Counted from the stretch's first letter, positions 48,619 to 58,754 are shown. The stretch: DNA of 64,000 nt from an uncultured Planctomycetota bacterium (GCA_942492115.1 CALODL010000010.1:1635-65634), one strand, 5' to 3'. The notes: generated by a model from the sequence alone, not told the origin. Program-made: numbers and translations.

Positions 48619-51600
48619 CTACCGTTCGCGTCGGTGCACGACTTCGATGTGCGCTGCCGTAACCTCTTCAATCGCGATGTAGCCGTGCGCTGACGTCGGA
48701 AACAATACCGTACGCGCAGAGGCATCGTCGGGATCGTAAGCAAGCGACACGATGAAAGTGCCCCGTGCATCTTTGCTGGCCCGCAGCGTCAGTGTGGCGA
48801 GGTATGCACCGTCCAATGCATTCACACCTGGACGATCAAGCCCTGCTACCAACTGCCGCGTGCGCAGGTTGTAGGCATCCCACCAGGCGCCGGGATCGAA
48901 TACATGATCATCATGCTCCTGAACGGCCAAATCGATGAGATCGAGTGCCCCCGCCGTGCCACCGAGCACCTCGAAATGGAGTTGATAACCTCGTAAGTCA
49001 AAGACTGCAGCATCCAGGCGTACGGTCACCTCCACGGTACCGCCCGGGCGAACGGCGGGGCTCTGCGGGTCCAGACGTACGGCAGTGGTCCCAACGACCT
49101 CGGGGGTGATCATCGGCGACGGACCGCCATCCAACGGGCAACTGCACGACGACGCCCCCTCGAAAGCGTTCAAGGCGGCAAATGCATCGTTGCCGTCACA
49201 CACACCATCTGGTTCGCAGCTACCAAACTGACCACCGCAATCCACATTAAAGGCCACTGGAGCCTCCACCTCACACGGGAATGATGCCGGCGGCGGTGTG
49301 TTGGGATCGACGTCAGCGAAACAGTTCAACGCCAGAAAGCGATCGTTACCATCTGCGGTCCCATCAGGTGCACACGCGCCGAACTGGCCGCCCATGTCGC
49401 CGAATACGACTTCGGTTGCCTGGCACACACCCGCTCCGCACAGCCACCACACGCAGCCATCGTCGCGCACCCCATTGTTGTCCAGATCGGCGCAGTCGGA
49501 CACGATCGTACAGTCACCCCCTCCACAACCGATGGCATCTTCATCGAGTTCGTCATCGCAGTCATCATCGATACCGTCGCACGTCGCATCCTCTGCCGCC
49601 GGTTCGCCCGGCATACAGTCATCGATGACCACACCCTCGACACAGACGGTCATGCCACTGGCCATACACGCGCCTATCCCACAGAGGGTCTTACTGGCTT
49701 CGAAGTCCTCATCGAAGATGGCATCACAGTCATCATCGATGCCATCACACGTCGCGTCATCCACGGCCGGAGTACCCGGGACGCAACTGTCGGTCGGGAC
49801 ACCGTCAACACAACCCGACAGCCCCTCGGACGCACACGCACCCACGCCGCACGTCGTCGCCGTGCTCATCACATCCTCGTCGGTCAGACCGTCGCAATCA
49901 TCGTCGACCCCGTCGCACGTCGCATCGTCCACGGCCGGAGTGCCCGGGACGCAACTGTCGGTCGGGACACCGTCAACACAGCCCGACAACCCCTCGGACG
50001 CACACGCACCCACGCCGCACGTCGTCGCCGTGCTCATCACGTCCTCGTCGGTCAGACCGTCGCAATCATCGTCGACCCCGTCGCACGTCGCGTCGTCCAC
50101 GGCCGGAGTGCCCGGGACGCAACTGTCGGTCGGGACACCGTCAACACAGCCCGACAGCCCTTCGGACGCACACGCACCCACGCCGCACGTCGTCGCCGTG
50201 CTCATCACGTCCTCGTCGGTCAGACCGTCGCAATCATCGTCGACCCCGTCGCACGTCGCGTCGTCCACGGCCGGAGTACCCGGAACGCAGCTGTCGGTCG
50301 GGACACCGTCAACACAGCCCGACAGCCCTTCGGACGAACACGCGCCCACACCGCACGTCGTCGCCGTGCTCATCACGTCCTCGTCGGTCAGACCGTCGCA
50401 ATCATCGTCGACCCCGTCGCACGTCGCGTCGTCCACGGCCGGAGTACCCGGAACGCAGCTGTCGGTCGGGACACCGTCAACACAGCCCGACAGCCCTTCG
50501 GACGCACACGCGCCCACACCGCACGTCGTCGCCGTGCTCATCACGTCCTCGTCGGTCAGGCCGTCGCAATCATTGTCGACCCCGTCGCACGTCGCGTCGT
50601 CCACGGCCGGAGTACCCGGAACGCAGCTGTCGGTCGGGACACCGTCAACACAGCCCGACAGCCCTTCGGACGCACACGCACCCACGCCGCACGTCGTCGC
50701 CGTGCTCATCACGTCCTCGTCGGTCAGACCGTCGCAGTCCTCGTCCACTCCGTCACACAGCGTGTCACTGACCGCTGCACCCGCGAACGGGTCACATGAA
50801 TCCTCGACAGCACCCGCCACACACGTCAGCACACCGGTGTTGCCGGCACAGGCTCCTACGCCACACTCTGATGGACTGGACACATAATCTTCATCGAACG
50901 AACCATCACAATCGTCATCGAGGCCATCGCATGTCGGATCGGTTGGCGCGGGTGGAGAATGGTCACACACCCCTGCCACACAGGTATCGAGGGTGCAGTC
51001 GTCAAAGTCATCACACAAACTGTCGTCGGGCACGCCCACGCAGGACCCGTCGGTACAGGTATCGACGGTGCACACGAGACCATCATCACATGGCAACGTG
51101 TTGTCCGTCGCGACGCAATTCCCGGCCCCGTCACACGCATCATCGGTACATGGATTGGTGTCGGCCGTACACGGGGTTCCCGCAGAACTGGCCACATTGC
51201 TACACACACCTGCGGTACAGGAATCATCAGTGCACTCGAGACCATCGGCGCAATCGGCCGGGGTCACGACATCGAGGGTCGCAACCAGACTGGTCGCATC
51301 CCCACAGGAGTTGGTCACGACCACGTCGTAATCACCCGCATCGGCAGGTCCCACTGGATCGATGAGCAACGTCGGTTGATCTGCTCCAGGAATCGGTGTG
51401 CCCTGGAATCGCCATGCATAGGTCAACGGCACGCTGCCACTCGGCGTGACGTCCAACACCACGCTGTCGCCCGAGCACACGCTGGAAGATTCAGGTGGAG
51501 TGACAATCACCGGCGGCACACATGGCCCCGTGATGCAGAAGCGCTCGAAAGAAAACACCTGCGCTGCCGGCGCATTGCGGTGAGTCGCAAACAGACCCGC

Positions 51601-54600
51601 GAACGTCACGGGGCCCGTCATCCCATCCGGTAGAACCACGCCATTGAACAGGTCGGAGGTCATCACGACGGTGCCGACCGGCACAGCGGCGCCACCATTC
51701 ACGGCATAGGCGGCGGTCACCTCCTGGGTCGTTGGATCGAGTGACATCGACAGAACGACGTCGTCACCGCTGACCGCGATGTTCTCGATCTCGACCCCAC
51801 CGGGGCTGCTCCCGCCCTCCTCTCCACGGACCTCGACGTCATAGTTCCCGGGGGTCGATGAGAAAACAATGAGTTTGACGTAGGTGTCCTCATCGAGAAA
51901 GACCCACCCACCTGCCTGCGCAAACCCGCGCGTCGCGACGGGCAAGTTGTTGAGCGCAATGTCAACATTCAGTTCGGACGTCGCATCGACGGCCACACCG
52001 AGTCCATTGTCCAGTGAGTTGTTGGAGGTGAACTGGATGCCGGCCGTCGTCGTTAGCGCCAGCTCACCACTCACGATGTCCACATCGATTTGCCCGGGCA
52101 GATACCCGGCCGCGTTCGATGGCGGATCGACCATGGTGAATCCCGTGCCGTCCCCATCGACATCCTCCAAGCCCCCCTCGTCCATCTCCCAGTCGAGCTT
52201 GAACGGCAGGCTGACGGGCACATCGACGCAGTCGAGCATTGAAATCGGGTTGCACCCGGCACCTGGCGTCACTTGTAAGGTGACCATGAGTGTCGCGTCG
52301 GCGTAGCCACTGGATGTGGCCGTTACCGTCGCCGTGTACGCCCCCGGCGCCAGGCCATCGGTCGCGACTTCTACATCGAACGGGATGTCGGCCGTGACCT
52401 GCGCCGCGACCGTCAACCAAGTCGGCTCCAGACCGGTCGCATCGTCAACCGCCGCAATGTCCGCAGTCGGGGATTGTCCGTCGTTGGCGGTGACCGTGGT
52501 GCTGGCCGAGTCGATATTGCTGCCTTCTTCCATCATGAACGGCAGGAGCGCGGGTGAGAACGCCAATGCAGGCGGAGCAGCGGGCTCCGCAAGGCAGAAA
52601 TCCTCGAAGACGAAATCGAGTGTCGAGCCGTTGCGCTGCGTTGCGAATACACCCGCGAAACTGACTGGGCCGGTCATGCCGTCGGGCAAAGTGACGCCAG
52701 AGAACAGGGCATTGTTCACGGTGATCGCATCAACCAGCATCTCGCCACCACCGTTGACCTGCACAAGCCCACTGACCTCGGAAGTTTGCGGATCGAGGAC
52801 CATCGTCAGCTTGACGTGATCACCAGGTACGACGATGCTCGCGGTAGCAGAACTCTCGACGAACTGATTGCTCTGCTCGTAGAGAATCTCGACCTTGTAG
52901 CTGCCGGTGACGTCCGAAACGACGACCAACTTGATGTAGTGCGATTCATTCAGGAAGAACCACACGCCCGCCTGCTCGAACTGACCGCTGACGGCAGGCA
53001 GGTTGATTATCGTTGTTTCAATGCGCGTGTCCTGGGCGCTGGCATCCCAGGCGACGCCCAGGCCATTATCCAGAGAATTGGGATTGTTGGCCGTCTCGCC
53101 GAACTGAATCCCGGGCGTCGTTGTGATCGTGAGTGTTCCCGCTCCAGTGTCGACGGCCAGATTGTTCGGCAGGTATCCGGCCCCATTGCTCGGCGGATCA
53201 ACCATGGTGAAGCCGGTCCCCACGCCAGAATTGTCCACCAGACCGTCTTCCGAAGCGTCCCAGTCAAGCTTGTGCGGCAGCGTAACCGGCACGTCGGCGC
53301 AGACGGGTTGGGCCAACACAGCGCAATCGCCGGATGGAGCCAACTGCACGTTCATGACCACGAAATCAAAGTCCTGGTAGTCGCCATGAAATGCGTCCTC
53401 GAAGGCGACGAAATAGGCGTATGGCACAACGAAACCCTGGCGGTCCTTCAACGGGTAAACCCTTGCGGAATGCGCTGACTGCGCTGGATTGAGCGCGATG
53501 TTAAGATCGTCTTCGGTGTAAGCCGTGTGCGAAGGGCTGGTGATGTAGAATCCGAATGCCCCAGGCCCAGGATCGAATGTCGTCACCCCGGAAGTCATCT
53601 CGGGAAACAGCGTCTGGTGCTCCGCCGGACTCGATGCGCCGCTGAGTACCCCCACTTGCGTGAGGGACGGGGCTGCGCCGTTCGGCCCGTAGTACCCATA
53701 GGGCAGCGCGAATGCTGGAGAATAACGTGCGACCGGCACCATGACCACGTCACCGGATCCGGACTTTGTGAACAGTGATGCGGGCACTTCGTCACCAATG
53801 GGTGCTGCGTCGACGCCCAGCTCCAGCTCCGTTCCCCCGACGTCGATAGCATGCCCCAACGTCTGAACAACATCGTGCAACGTAGGTTCATTGGAGCCCT
53901 CGAGGCCGTCGGCACTGAGGCCGTGAACACCCACCTGAACGACGGCCTCATTGGGGTCGTCGCTGGCGATCTCAACAGCGGCGCTGAATGTGCCAACGGC
54001 TGTCGCACCGGGCGAAAAAGCGATATCGATCATCACTTCCGCGCCGGGTATCAGCGTCACGGGGGTGGTCGGCGGGGTCACGATGGTGAACTCACCCGCA
54101 TCAGCGCCGGTCAATGCCACGGTTGCAATCTCGAGATCTGCCGTGCCGGTGTTGGATAGAGTCAAAACCTGCGCTGGCGTGACTGTATCCTTAAGGCCGC
54201 TGTACACCAGGTCAGATGCCGACAAGCCAATATCCGGTACACCGGATCCGCCGAGAGGACGACACAACGTGATTTTGGATGCCCCGAATTCAGATACATA
54301 AAGATGCCCATTGTCGAGGTTCTCGACGACATCGAGCGGGTTATTGAAACCGGTGAGACCCGTGATCCCCGTCTGCGATGCCACGATCTCCAAACCGCTG
54401 CCACTTGGCGTCAGGGCCATGAGATCATCTCCGCTGCTGTAGCGGACGACCAGCAATGCCCCCTGAAGGTCACCGGCTGAACGATACTCGATGATCCCAT
54501 TCGGCGATTTGTGCGTACCAAAATCGAAGACCGCCCCACGGTAGTTGCTGTCCGGCAGGGTCCCCTCGGGATATTCGGTGACCTCGAGTGGATCTACTGC

Positions 54601-55575
54601 TGCCGTCGGATTCGCGCCGCTCATGGCAAACTCGCAGCGCTGCGGATTGGGATGACCGTAGTAACCACCGGGTTCGATGCGCAGCAGATAGTCCGGTTGA
54701 ATCGACACACCGACCAGGCCGGTCACGGCCGGCCCGCCGTATGAACTGCCGTCGGCGCAGGCCGCACCCACCACGCCTTCGGGGGTATTGCCATTGGGAG
54801 CAGAACCGTTGTTCGGTATGTACAGGTGACCGTTGCCATGCCACACCAGATCGTAGGCGTTGCGCAGCCCGCTGGCATGGATGGTCAGAGCAGCGCCCGG
54901 CGCATAGGGATCATACGTGCCCGGCAGCTCGGTCATGACGTCGAGTGGCGGAGTCGCCACGCCCAGCGTGTCGAAGCGCAACACCGCCGCGGACAGTCCC
55001 CGTTCTGCACGGTCAGCCCACGCGGGGTCGGGTGCGCCCATCGCGGAATTGGATCCCTGCACGACATACAATGCTCCGTCGGGCCCGAATACCATGCTGT
55101 TGGTCGTGTGGTCGCGACTCGAGCGCGGCAGGCCGACAATGAAGTCCTGGACGTTCTGCAAGTGGCTGCCACTCAAACGGGTGATCTTGCCGGTCCAGTC
55201 CGCCATTTCAGAAAAACCGTATTCGCTGTGGCTGACCCAGGCAATGAGGTTCTGTGGTGTAGAGGCTGGATCGAAAGCCAATCCGATCGCCAGACGATCT
55301 GCTCCCTCGGCAACTTGCAGCGCATCAAGGATCTCGACTGCCCCCAGGATGCCATCTGAATCGATGGACCAGCGCCGCACCTGCCCCTCGAGCGTCAAGC
55401 CATAGAGCTGCCCATCCGGTCCGATCGTCAGACTCGTATACTGTGCTCCTGCGGACGTAGGCAACGATACCTGTTCAAAAGTCGCGCCGTCTGCGCCGGC
55501 CAGGGCAGCCAGGCACGACATCATCCCCACGACCGCTGGCCTGATAGCAATGTTCACGAACGTTCCCTCCTGCAC
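48619..55575 (-). CDS. Giant secreted multidomain protein (2318 aa): SGDH-like beta-propeller, choice-of-anchor-D/ASH-like domain, two ConA/LamG-like modules, Ig-like domain, ~10 Cys-rich 'CDGxDDDCDGxxDED' repeats, two dockerin-like repeats, C-terminal beta-domain
   Basis: Single uninterrupted ORF. N-terminal domain motifs 'FGPDGALYVVQGSNSAMG' and 'GLRNAYDLVWHGNGHLY' (glucose/sorbosone dehydrogenase-like). Two internally duplicated ~330-aa modules. Cys-rich repeats of the Myxococcus-type pattern. 'GGQFGACAPDGTADGNDRFLALNCF' occurs twice (dockerin-like Ca loops). Confidence 0.9.
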   Translation of the reverse strand: MQEGTFVNIAIRPAVVGMMSCLAALAGADGATFEQVSLPTSAGAQYTSLTIGPDGQLYGLTLEGQVRRWSIDSDGILGAVEILDALQVAEGADRLAIGLAFDPASTPQNLIAWVSHSEYGFSEMADWTGKITRLSGSHLQNVQDFIVGLPRSSRDHTTNSMVFGPDGALYVVQGSNSAMGAPDPAWADRAERGLSAAVLRFDTLGVATPPLDVMTELPGTYDPYAPGAALTIHASGLRNAYDLVWHGNGHLYIPNNGSAPNGNTPEGVVGAACADGSSYGGPAVTGLVGVSIQPDYLLRIEPGGYYGHPNPQRCEFAMSGANPTAAVDPLEVTEYPEGTLPDSNYRGAVFDFGTHKSPNGIIEYRSAGDLQGALLVVRYSSGDDLMALTPSGSGLEIVASQTGITGLTGFNNPLDVVENLDNGHLYVSEFGASKITLCRPLGGSGVPDIGLSASDLVYSGLKDTVTPAQVLTLSNTGTADLEIATVALTGADAGEFTIVTPPTTPVTLIPGAEVMIDIAFSPGATAVGTFSAAVEIASDDPNEAVVQVGVHGLSADGLEGSNEPTLHDVVQTLGHAIDVGGTELELGVDAAPIGDEVPASLFTKSGSGDVVMVPVARYSPAFALPYGYYGPNGAAPSLTQVGVLSGASSPAEHQTLFPEMTSGVTTFDPGPGAFGFYITSPSHTAYTEDDLNIALNPAQSAHSARVYPLKDRQGFVVPYAYFVAFEDAFHGDYQDFDFVVMNVQLAPSGDCAVLAQPVCADVPVTLPHKLDWDASEDGLVDNSGVGTGFTMVDPPSNGAGYLPNNLAVDTGAGTLTITTTPGIQFGETANNPNSLDNGLGVAWDASAQDTRIETTIINLPAVSGQFEQAGVWFFLNESHYIKLVVVSDVTGSYKVEILYEQSNQFVESSATASIVVPGDHVKLTMVLDPQTSEVSGLVQVNGGGEMLVDAITVNNALFSGVTLPDGMTGPVSFAGVFATQRNGSTLDFVFEDFCLAEPAAPPALAFSPALLPFMMEEGSNIDSASTTVTANDGQSPTADIAAVDDATGLEPTWLTVAAQVTADIPFDVEVATDGLAPGAYTATVTATSSGYADATLMVTLQVTPGAGCNPISMLDCVDVPVSLPFKLDWEMDEGGLEDVDGDGTGFTMVDPPSNAAGYLPGQIDVDIVSGELALTTTAGIQFTSNNSLDNGLGVAVDATSELNVDIALNNLPVATRGFAQAGGWVFLDEDTYVKLIVFSSTPGNYDVEVRGEEGGSSPGGVEIENIAVSGDDVVLSMSLDPTTQEVTAAYAVNGGAAVPVGTVVMTSDLFNGVVLPDGMTGPVTFAGLFATHRNAPAAQVFSFERFCITGPCVPPVIVTPPESSSVCSGDSVVLDVTPSGSVPLTYAWRFQGTPIPGADQPTLLIDPVGPADAGDYDVVVTNSCGDATSLVATLDVVTPADCADGLECTDDSCTAGVCSNVASSAGTPCTADTNPCTDDACDGAGNCVATDNTLPCDDGLVCTVDTCTDGSCVGVPDDSLCDDFDDCTLDTCVAGVCDHSPPAPTDPTCDGLDDDCDGSFDEDYVSSPSECGVGACAGNTGVLTCVAGAVEDSCDPFAGAAVSDTLCDGVDEDCDGLTDEDVMSTATTCGVGACASEGLSGCVDGVPTDSCVPGTPAVDDATCDGVDNDCDGLTDEDVMSTATTCGVGACASEGLSGCVDGVPTDSCVPGTPAVDDATCDGVDDDCDGLTDEDVMSTATTCGVGACSSEGLSGCVDGVPTDSCVPGTPAVDDATCDGVDDDCDGLTDEDVMSTATTCGVGACASEGLSGCVDGVPTDSCVPGTPAVDDATCDGVDDDCDGLTDEDVMSTATTCGVGACASEGLSGCVDGVPTDSCVPGTPAVDDATCDGVDDDCDGLTDEDVMSTATTCGVGACASEGLSGCVDGVPTDSCVPGTPAVDDATCDGIDDDCDAIFDEDFEASKTLCGIGACMASGMTVCVEGVVIDDCMPGEPAAEDATCDGIDDDCDDELDEDAIGCGGGDCTIVSDCADLDNNGVRDDGCVWWLCGAGVCQATEVVFGDMGGQFGACAPDGTADGNDRFLALNCFADVDPNTPPPASFPCEVEAPVAFNVDCGGQFGSCEPDGVCDGNDAFAALNAFEGASSCSCPLDGGPSPMITPEVVGTTAVRLDPQSPAVRPGGTVEVTVRLDAAVFDLRGYQLHFEVLGGTAGALDLIDLAVQEHDDHVFDPGAWWDAYNLRTRQLVAGLDRPGVNALDGAYLATLTLRASKDARGTFIVSLAYDPDDASARTVLFPTSAHGYIAIEEVTAAHIEVVHRRER
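49575..50760. repeat. 168-bp tandem repeat array inside the giant gene (about 6 near-identical core units at 49744-50752, flanked by degenerate units)
   Basis: Period-168 recurrence of 'GTCGCACGTCGC' at 49912, 50080, 50248, 50416 and 50584. Each unit encodes a 56-aa 'CDGVDDDCDGLTDEDVMSTATTCGVGACASEGLSGCVDGVPTDSCVPGTPAVDDAT'. Units differ by 0-3 nt. Confidence 0.85.
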
Positions 55576-56276
55576 AACAGGTCATCCGTCGCGACGATAC
55601 GACGTACACCATAAGTGCACTGAGCGCGTCGATCACTCATATGACAACCCGCGCCCTTGATCCCGTGTAACCGAATGTGTTTCGAAAATGTCTGTCCGCG
55701 TGACACAGTGGCATTGCCGATCACGAAAGCGCGAGCATGACTTGACGGACGCACTACCCCACGCCCGCAGAGGTCACTGCGCCAGGGCGAATTCCAGTAG
55801 TTGGACCCGTATATCGAGCTTTGAATCGTCGCCTGAGCCATCGTACGTCGGACGCGCGGAAACTTGCAATACGCAGACGCCCCCGCGTTGTGCCACAGGT
55901 TTGAGCGGGCCGCGACCGCTTGGGGGTCGGGAGCCGGAACGTACTGCAAATACTCGACCTGCATCGCCTGATCAGGACAGCCGCCCGTTCGGACTTCACG
56001 GATTCCCTTTCTCATTTTCTGAGGGGCCGCGCTCCGGCCGACCGCTGCCGATCGCCCCCGCCGGTCCCGTCATCCGGTCGGATGGCGCGTCATTCGGGAC
56101 CTCCAACGGCTCAAACCGTTCGGGCGCACGCCTCAAACGCACCGCGAACACCATGACTATCATTAAGTTAGATCAAGAGGGGAACCGATATAGCTGAGGT
56201 AGATTCACCAAAGAATGTTGTGGTAACCTGACACGCTCATCCTGGGGGCAGGACCAGCTATTTGGAGCAGTAACAG

Positions 56277-56936
56277 ATGAATAAGACTCAATATGCAACC
56301 ATGACCGTCATGACCGCCGCATTGTTGGCCCTGACCGGATGCGGCAACCAAGGCGGTGGGGGTGGCTCGAGTACATGCGCCTCAGCCACGATCACTGGTA
56401 ACGGCGCCAACAACGCCTTCACTGCGATGGCTGCGACGCAATGCAATGTCGAGTTTGAAGGAACCACATTGATCATCGACCTGCTCGAGTTGAACGACAC
56501 AGGTGCAAGCCCGCGCGTCCGTTTCACGCTGCGCGACCTCAGCATGGCTGATCTCATCGATGGGGCCAGCTTCCCGTTGACTCGCGATGATGACGAACTG
56601 CCCGAACCCGCGATCTACCAGGAGTTCATCGGCGCGACGATGGACGAAAACATGAACGCCGACGGCCCATTCTGGACGTCGAATGCCGGCTCGCTCGACA
56701 TCACCGTTGACGACACCGGCGAGGTCTCAGCGTCATTCGACTTCACCGCCGATAACCCGCGGCCCGACATGCCGTCCACGGCCACAGGCACGGTCACGGT
56801 CGATGGCGGCCCGATGGTTCTGTTCGCCGGGACCACTGGAGGCGGTGGTGGATGTGGCGCGTTTGGTGCAGGCGGTATCGCTTTGATGATGATGTGCCTG
56901 ACCATCACCTCCCGTCGAATGCGCCGTCGACGGTAA
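56277..56936 (+). CDS. Lipoprotein with a Gly-rich C-terminal TM/Arg-cluster tail (possible second sorting signal)
   Basis: Lipobox 'LLALTGCGNQ' and C-terminal 'TTGGGGGCGAFGAGGIALMMMCLTITSRRMRRRR*'. Confidence 0.65.
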   Translation: MNKTQYATMTVMTAALLALTGCGNQGGGGGSSTCASATITGNGANNAFTAMAATQCNVEFEGTTLIIDLLELNDTGASPRVRFTLRDLSMADLIDGASFPLTRDDDELPEPAIYQEFIGATMDENMNADGPFWTSNAGSLDITVDDTGEVSASFDFTADNPRPDMPSTATGTVTVDGGPMVLFAGTTGGGGGCGAFGAGGIALMMMCLTITSRRMRRRR

Positions 56937-56981
56937 CGTCCACAGTGCAAAACGAGCCTGCGTGTGAAGCCACATGTGGGC

Positions 56982-57015
56982 TTTTTTTTGGTTCTTCACG
57001 CATTTTGCGGGACCG
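56982..57015 (+). repeat. Partial third copy of the post-terminator element (TTTTTTTTGGTTCTTCACGCATTTTGCGGGACCGG)
   Basis: Shares 'T-run + GGTTCTTCACG..ATT..CGGG' with copies A and B, immediately after the lipoprotein stop. Similarity fades after ~30 nt. Confidence 0.35.
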
Positions 57016-57160
57016 GACGTCCTCCCAGACCGCGGGCTCGAGCCCTTGGCCGCAGTTGATCCGCACTCACCGCAGGCAAGACTGCACAATCTCTTCGCGG
57101 TGTTCGAGGAGGATGGTGCGAAATTCGCCCCTATCGCCCGTCGGTAGGCCACGTCCTCAT

Positions 57161-58111
57161 TCAGTTAACCTTTTTGCGCACCTTTGGTTTAGGCGGAACA
57201 CGTCGTTGAGGAGCTGGCGACCGCGGCAGCGACGGTCCCACGGGCGAGTCAGCCGGGCGCGTCAGTGGATGCGGATACGCTGCGTCCAATGCCGGTGCTT
57301 CGTGGAACACTTCGGTGCGACCACTACGCACGGCGATGCGCATGATGCGGGGGTTCATGCGCTGCCCCACCGGATCACGGTCCTGGCGCATGAACAGAAT
57401 CTCCGTCGCGTCAGCTGAGAACACGGGACGCGTGTCGCAGTGTTCACCAGTCGTGAGCATCTTCACGTAATCGGAATCGAGCTCTTTCACACGCAGCCCG
57501 CCGTTGGACACAAAAGCGAGGAGATGCCCATCCGGAGCCACTGCAACCTCGACGGCCGTCGTAATCGTGCCATCGCGATCGTAGGCAATCCGCTGGACGC
57601 GTCGGGTGTCGGGATCGAAGCGGTAGATGTGGGAGAGTGCGTCTGTATCGTTCTCGAACAGCAGCCCCCGTGAGTCGGGCATCCAGGCCGGAAGCCTGCC
57701 GCGCGCGACCACATGGGAGATCCCTGTGCCTTCGTCGAGTGTATAGACACTCCAACCGGCCTGGGCGGTATAGCCGGAAAAAGCCAGCCGCATGCCATCC
57801 GGCGAGACGACTAGTCCATCCAGCATTTTCCAGCCGGCGGAGACGAGTCTGCGGCCGCTGCCGTCCAGCGCGACATACCACAAACTGGTATCGCCAGCGA
57901 AGTACACGCCACGGTTGTCCGCAGAGAAGGCTACGGCCGATGTGTCGGCGGTTCCCGGGATCGGACGGCGGCCGCCGCTGTCGTAATGGAGCACGATGGC
58001 CTTTGGCGTCACGACCGCTGCATACAGCGAATCGACCTGCTGCGTGCCGGCTTGAACGACGGGCATCTGAGCGCAGGTCGTCACCAAGATGTTGAGCACA
58101 AACAAGATCAT
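57161..58111 (-). CDS. Periplasmic PD40/TolB-like beta-propeller repeat protein
   Basis: Signal peptide 'MILFVLNILVTTCAQMPVVQAG' and repeated 'SPDG../..FSADG../..APDG' blade motifs. Last gene of the STK-sigma operon. Confidence 0.7.
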   Translation of the reverse strand: MILFVLNILVTTCAQMPVVQAGTQQVDSLYAAVVTPKAIVLHYDSGGRRPIPGTADTSAVAFSADNRGVYFAGDTSLWYVALDGSGRRLVSAGWKMLDGLVVSPDGMRLAFSGYTAQAGWSVYTLDEGTGISHVVARGRLPAWMPDSRGLLFENDTDALSHIYRFDPDTRRVQRIAYDRDGTITTAVEVAVAPDGHLLAFVSNGGLRVKELDSDYVKMLTTGEHCDTRPVFSADATEILFMRQDRDPVGQRMNPRIMRIAVRSGRTEVFHEAPALDAAYPHPLTRPADSPVGPSLPRSPAPQRRVPPKPKVRKKVN

Positions 58112-58151
58112 GAAAACTGTCCTGATCGATACGTGTGCTGAATGGTCCAGG

Positions 58152-58754
58152 CTACTCGAGAATGTCACCCAGCTCGTGCCGCAAGCGTTGCAACACGCGT
58201 GAACGAGCCACGCGCACCCCAACAGGACTCATGCCCAACTCATTAGCGACGTCAGCTGTCGGACGTCCATCCACGACCGTAGCCCAGAAAGCCGACCATG
58301 TGTTGTCCCTGAAGTGCTCTTGCACCTGCATGAGCGCTCTGCGCAATACACTGTTGAACGCTGTCTCTTCTTCGGACGCGTCGACCCTGATCTGCGCCTG
58401 GAACGGCACCTCTGACATACGACGTTGGATTTCGGTTCCACCCTGACCGGGTGGTTCTCGATCGCGACGGCGATAGAGGTCACACACCTTGCTGTACGTA
58501 ATCGTGCGCAGCCATCCGCGGAAGGTCCCGCCCTCACTGCGTACCTCGAACCGCGACAGGTTGGCCGCTGCAGCGTGGAACACCTCTTGAAATACGTCGG
58601 CAAGATCTGCCTCGGGCACCTGCCATCTGCGACACCAGTGGTACACCAGAGGCGCGTACAATTGTACGAGGCGCCCCCACGCCTCGGCATCGTTGGCCCG
58701 GGCGCGTTCCAGCAGGCTCGGTGAAGTCCTGGCGCTGTCCGTAATCCTGTTCAT
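58152..58754 (-). CDS. ECF (sigma-70 family) RNA polymerase sigma factor
   Basis: Region 2 'LVQLYAPLVYHWCRRW...ADLADVFQEVF' and region 4 'ANELGMSPVGVRVARSRVLQRLRHELG'. The ATG overlaps the kinase stop (ATGA at 58751-58754). Confidence 0.85.
   Translation of the reverse strand: MNRITDSARTSPSLLERARANDAEAWGRLVQLYAPLVYHWCRRWQVPEADLADVFQEVFHAAAANLSRFEVRSEGGTFRGWLRTITYSKVCDLYRRRDREPPGQGGTEIQRRMSEVPFQAQIRVDASEEETAFNSVLRRALMQVQEHFRDNTWSAFWATVVDGRPTADVANELGMSPVGVRVARSRVLQRLRHELGDILE

Noticed and set aside
49575-50760. CRISPR-like regular repeats
   Set aside because: The period is 168 bp with no unique spacers. The whole array is in-frame coding sequence of the giant protein, so it is a protein repeat, not a CRISPR.
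49298-50887. 529-aa + strand ORF with a striking 56-aa Ser/Pro/Thr-rich repeat
   Set aside because: It is the antisense reading of the 168-bp tandem repeats inside the giant minus-strand gene. The minus-strand frame has coherent domain content (Cys-rich repeats) and continues for 2318 aa.
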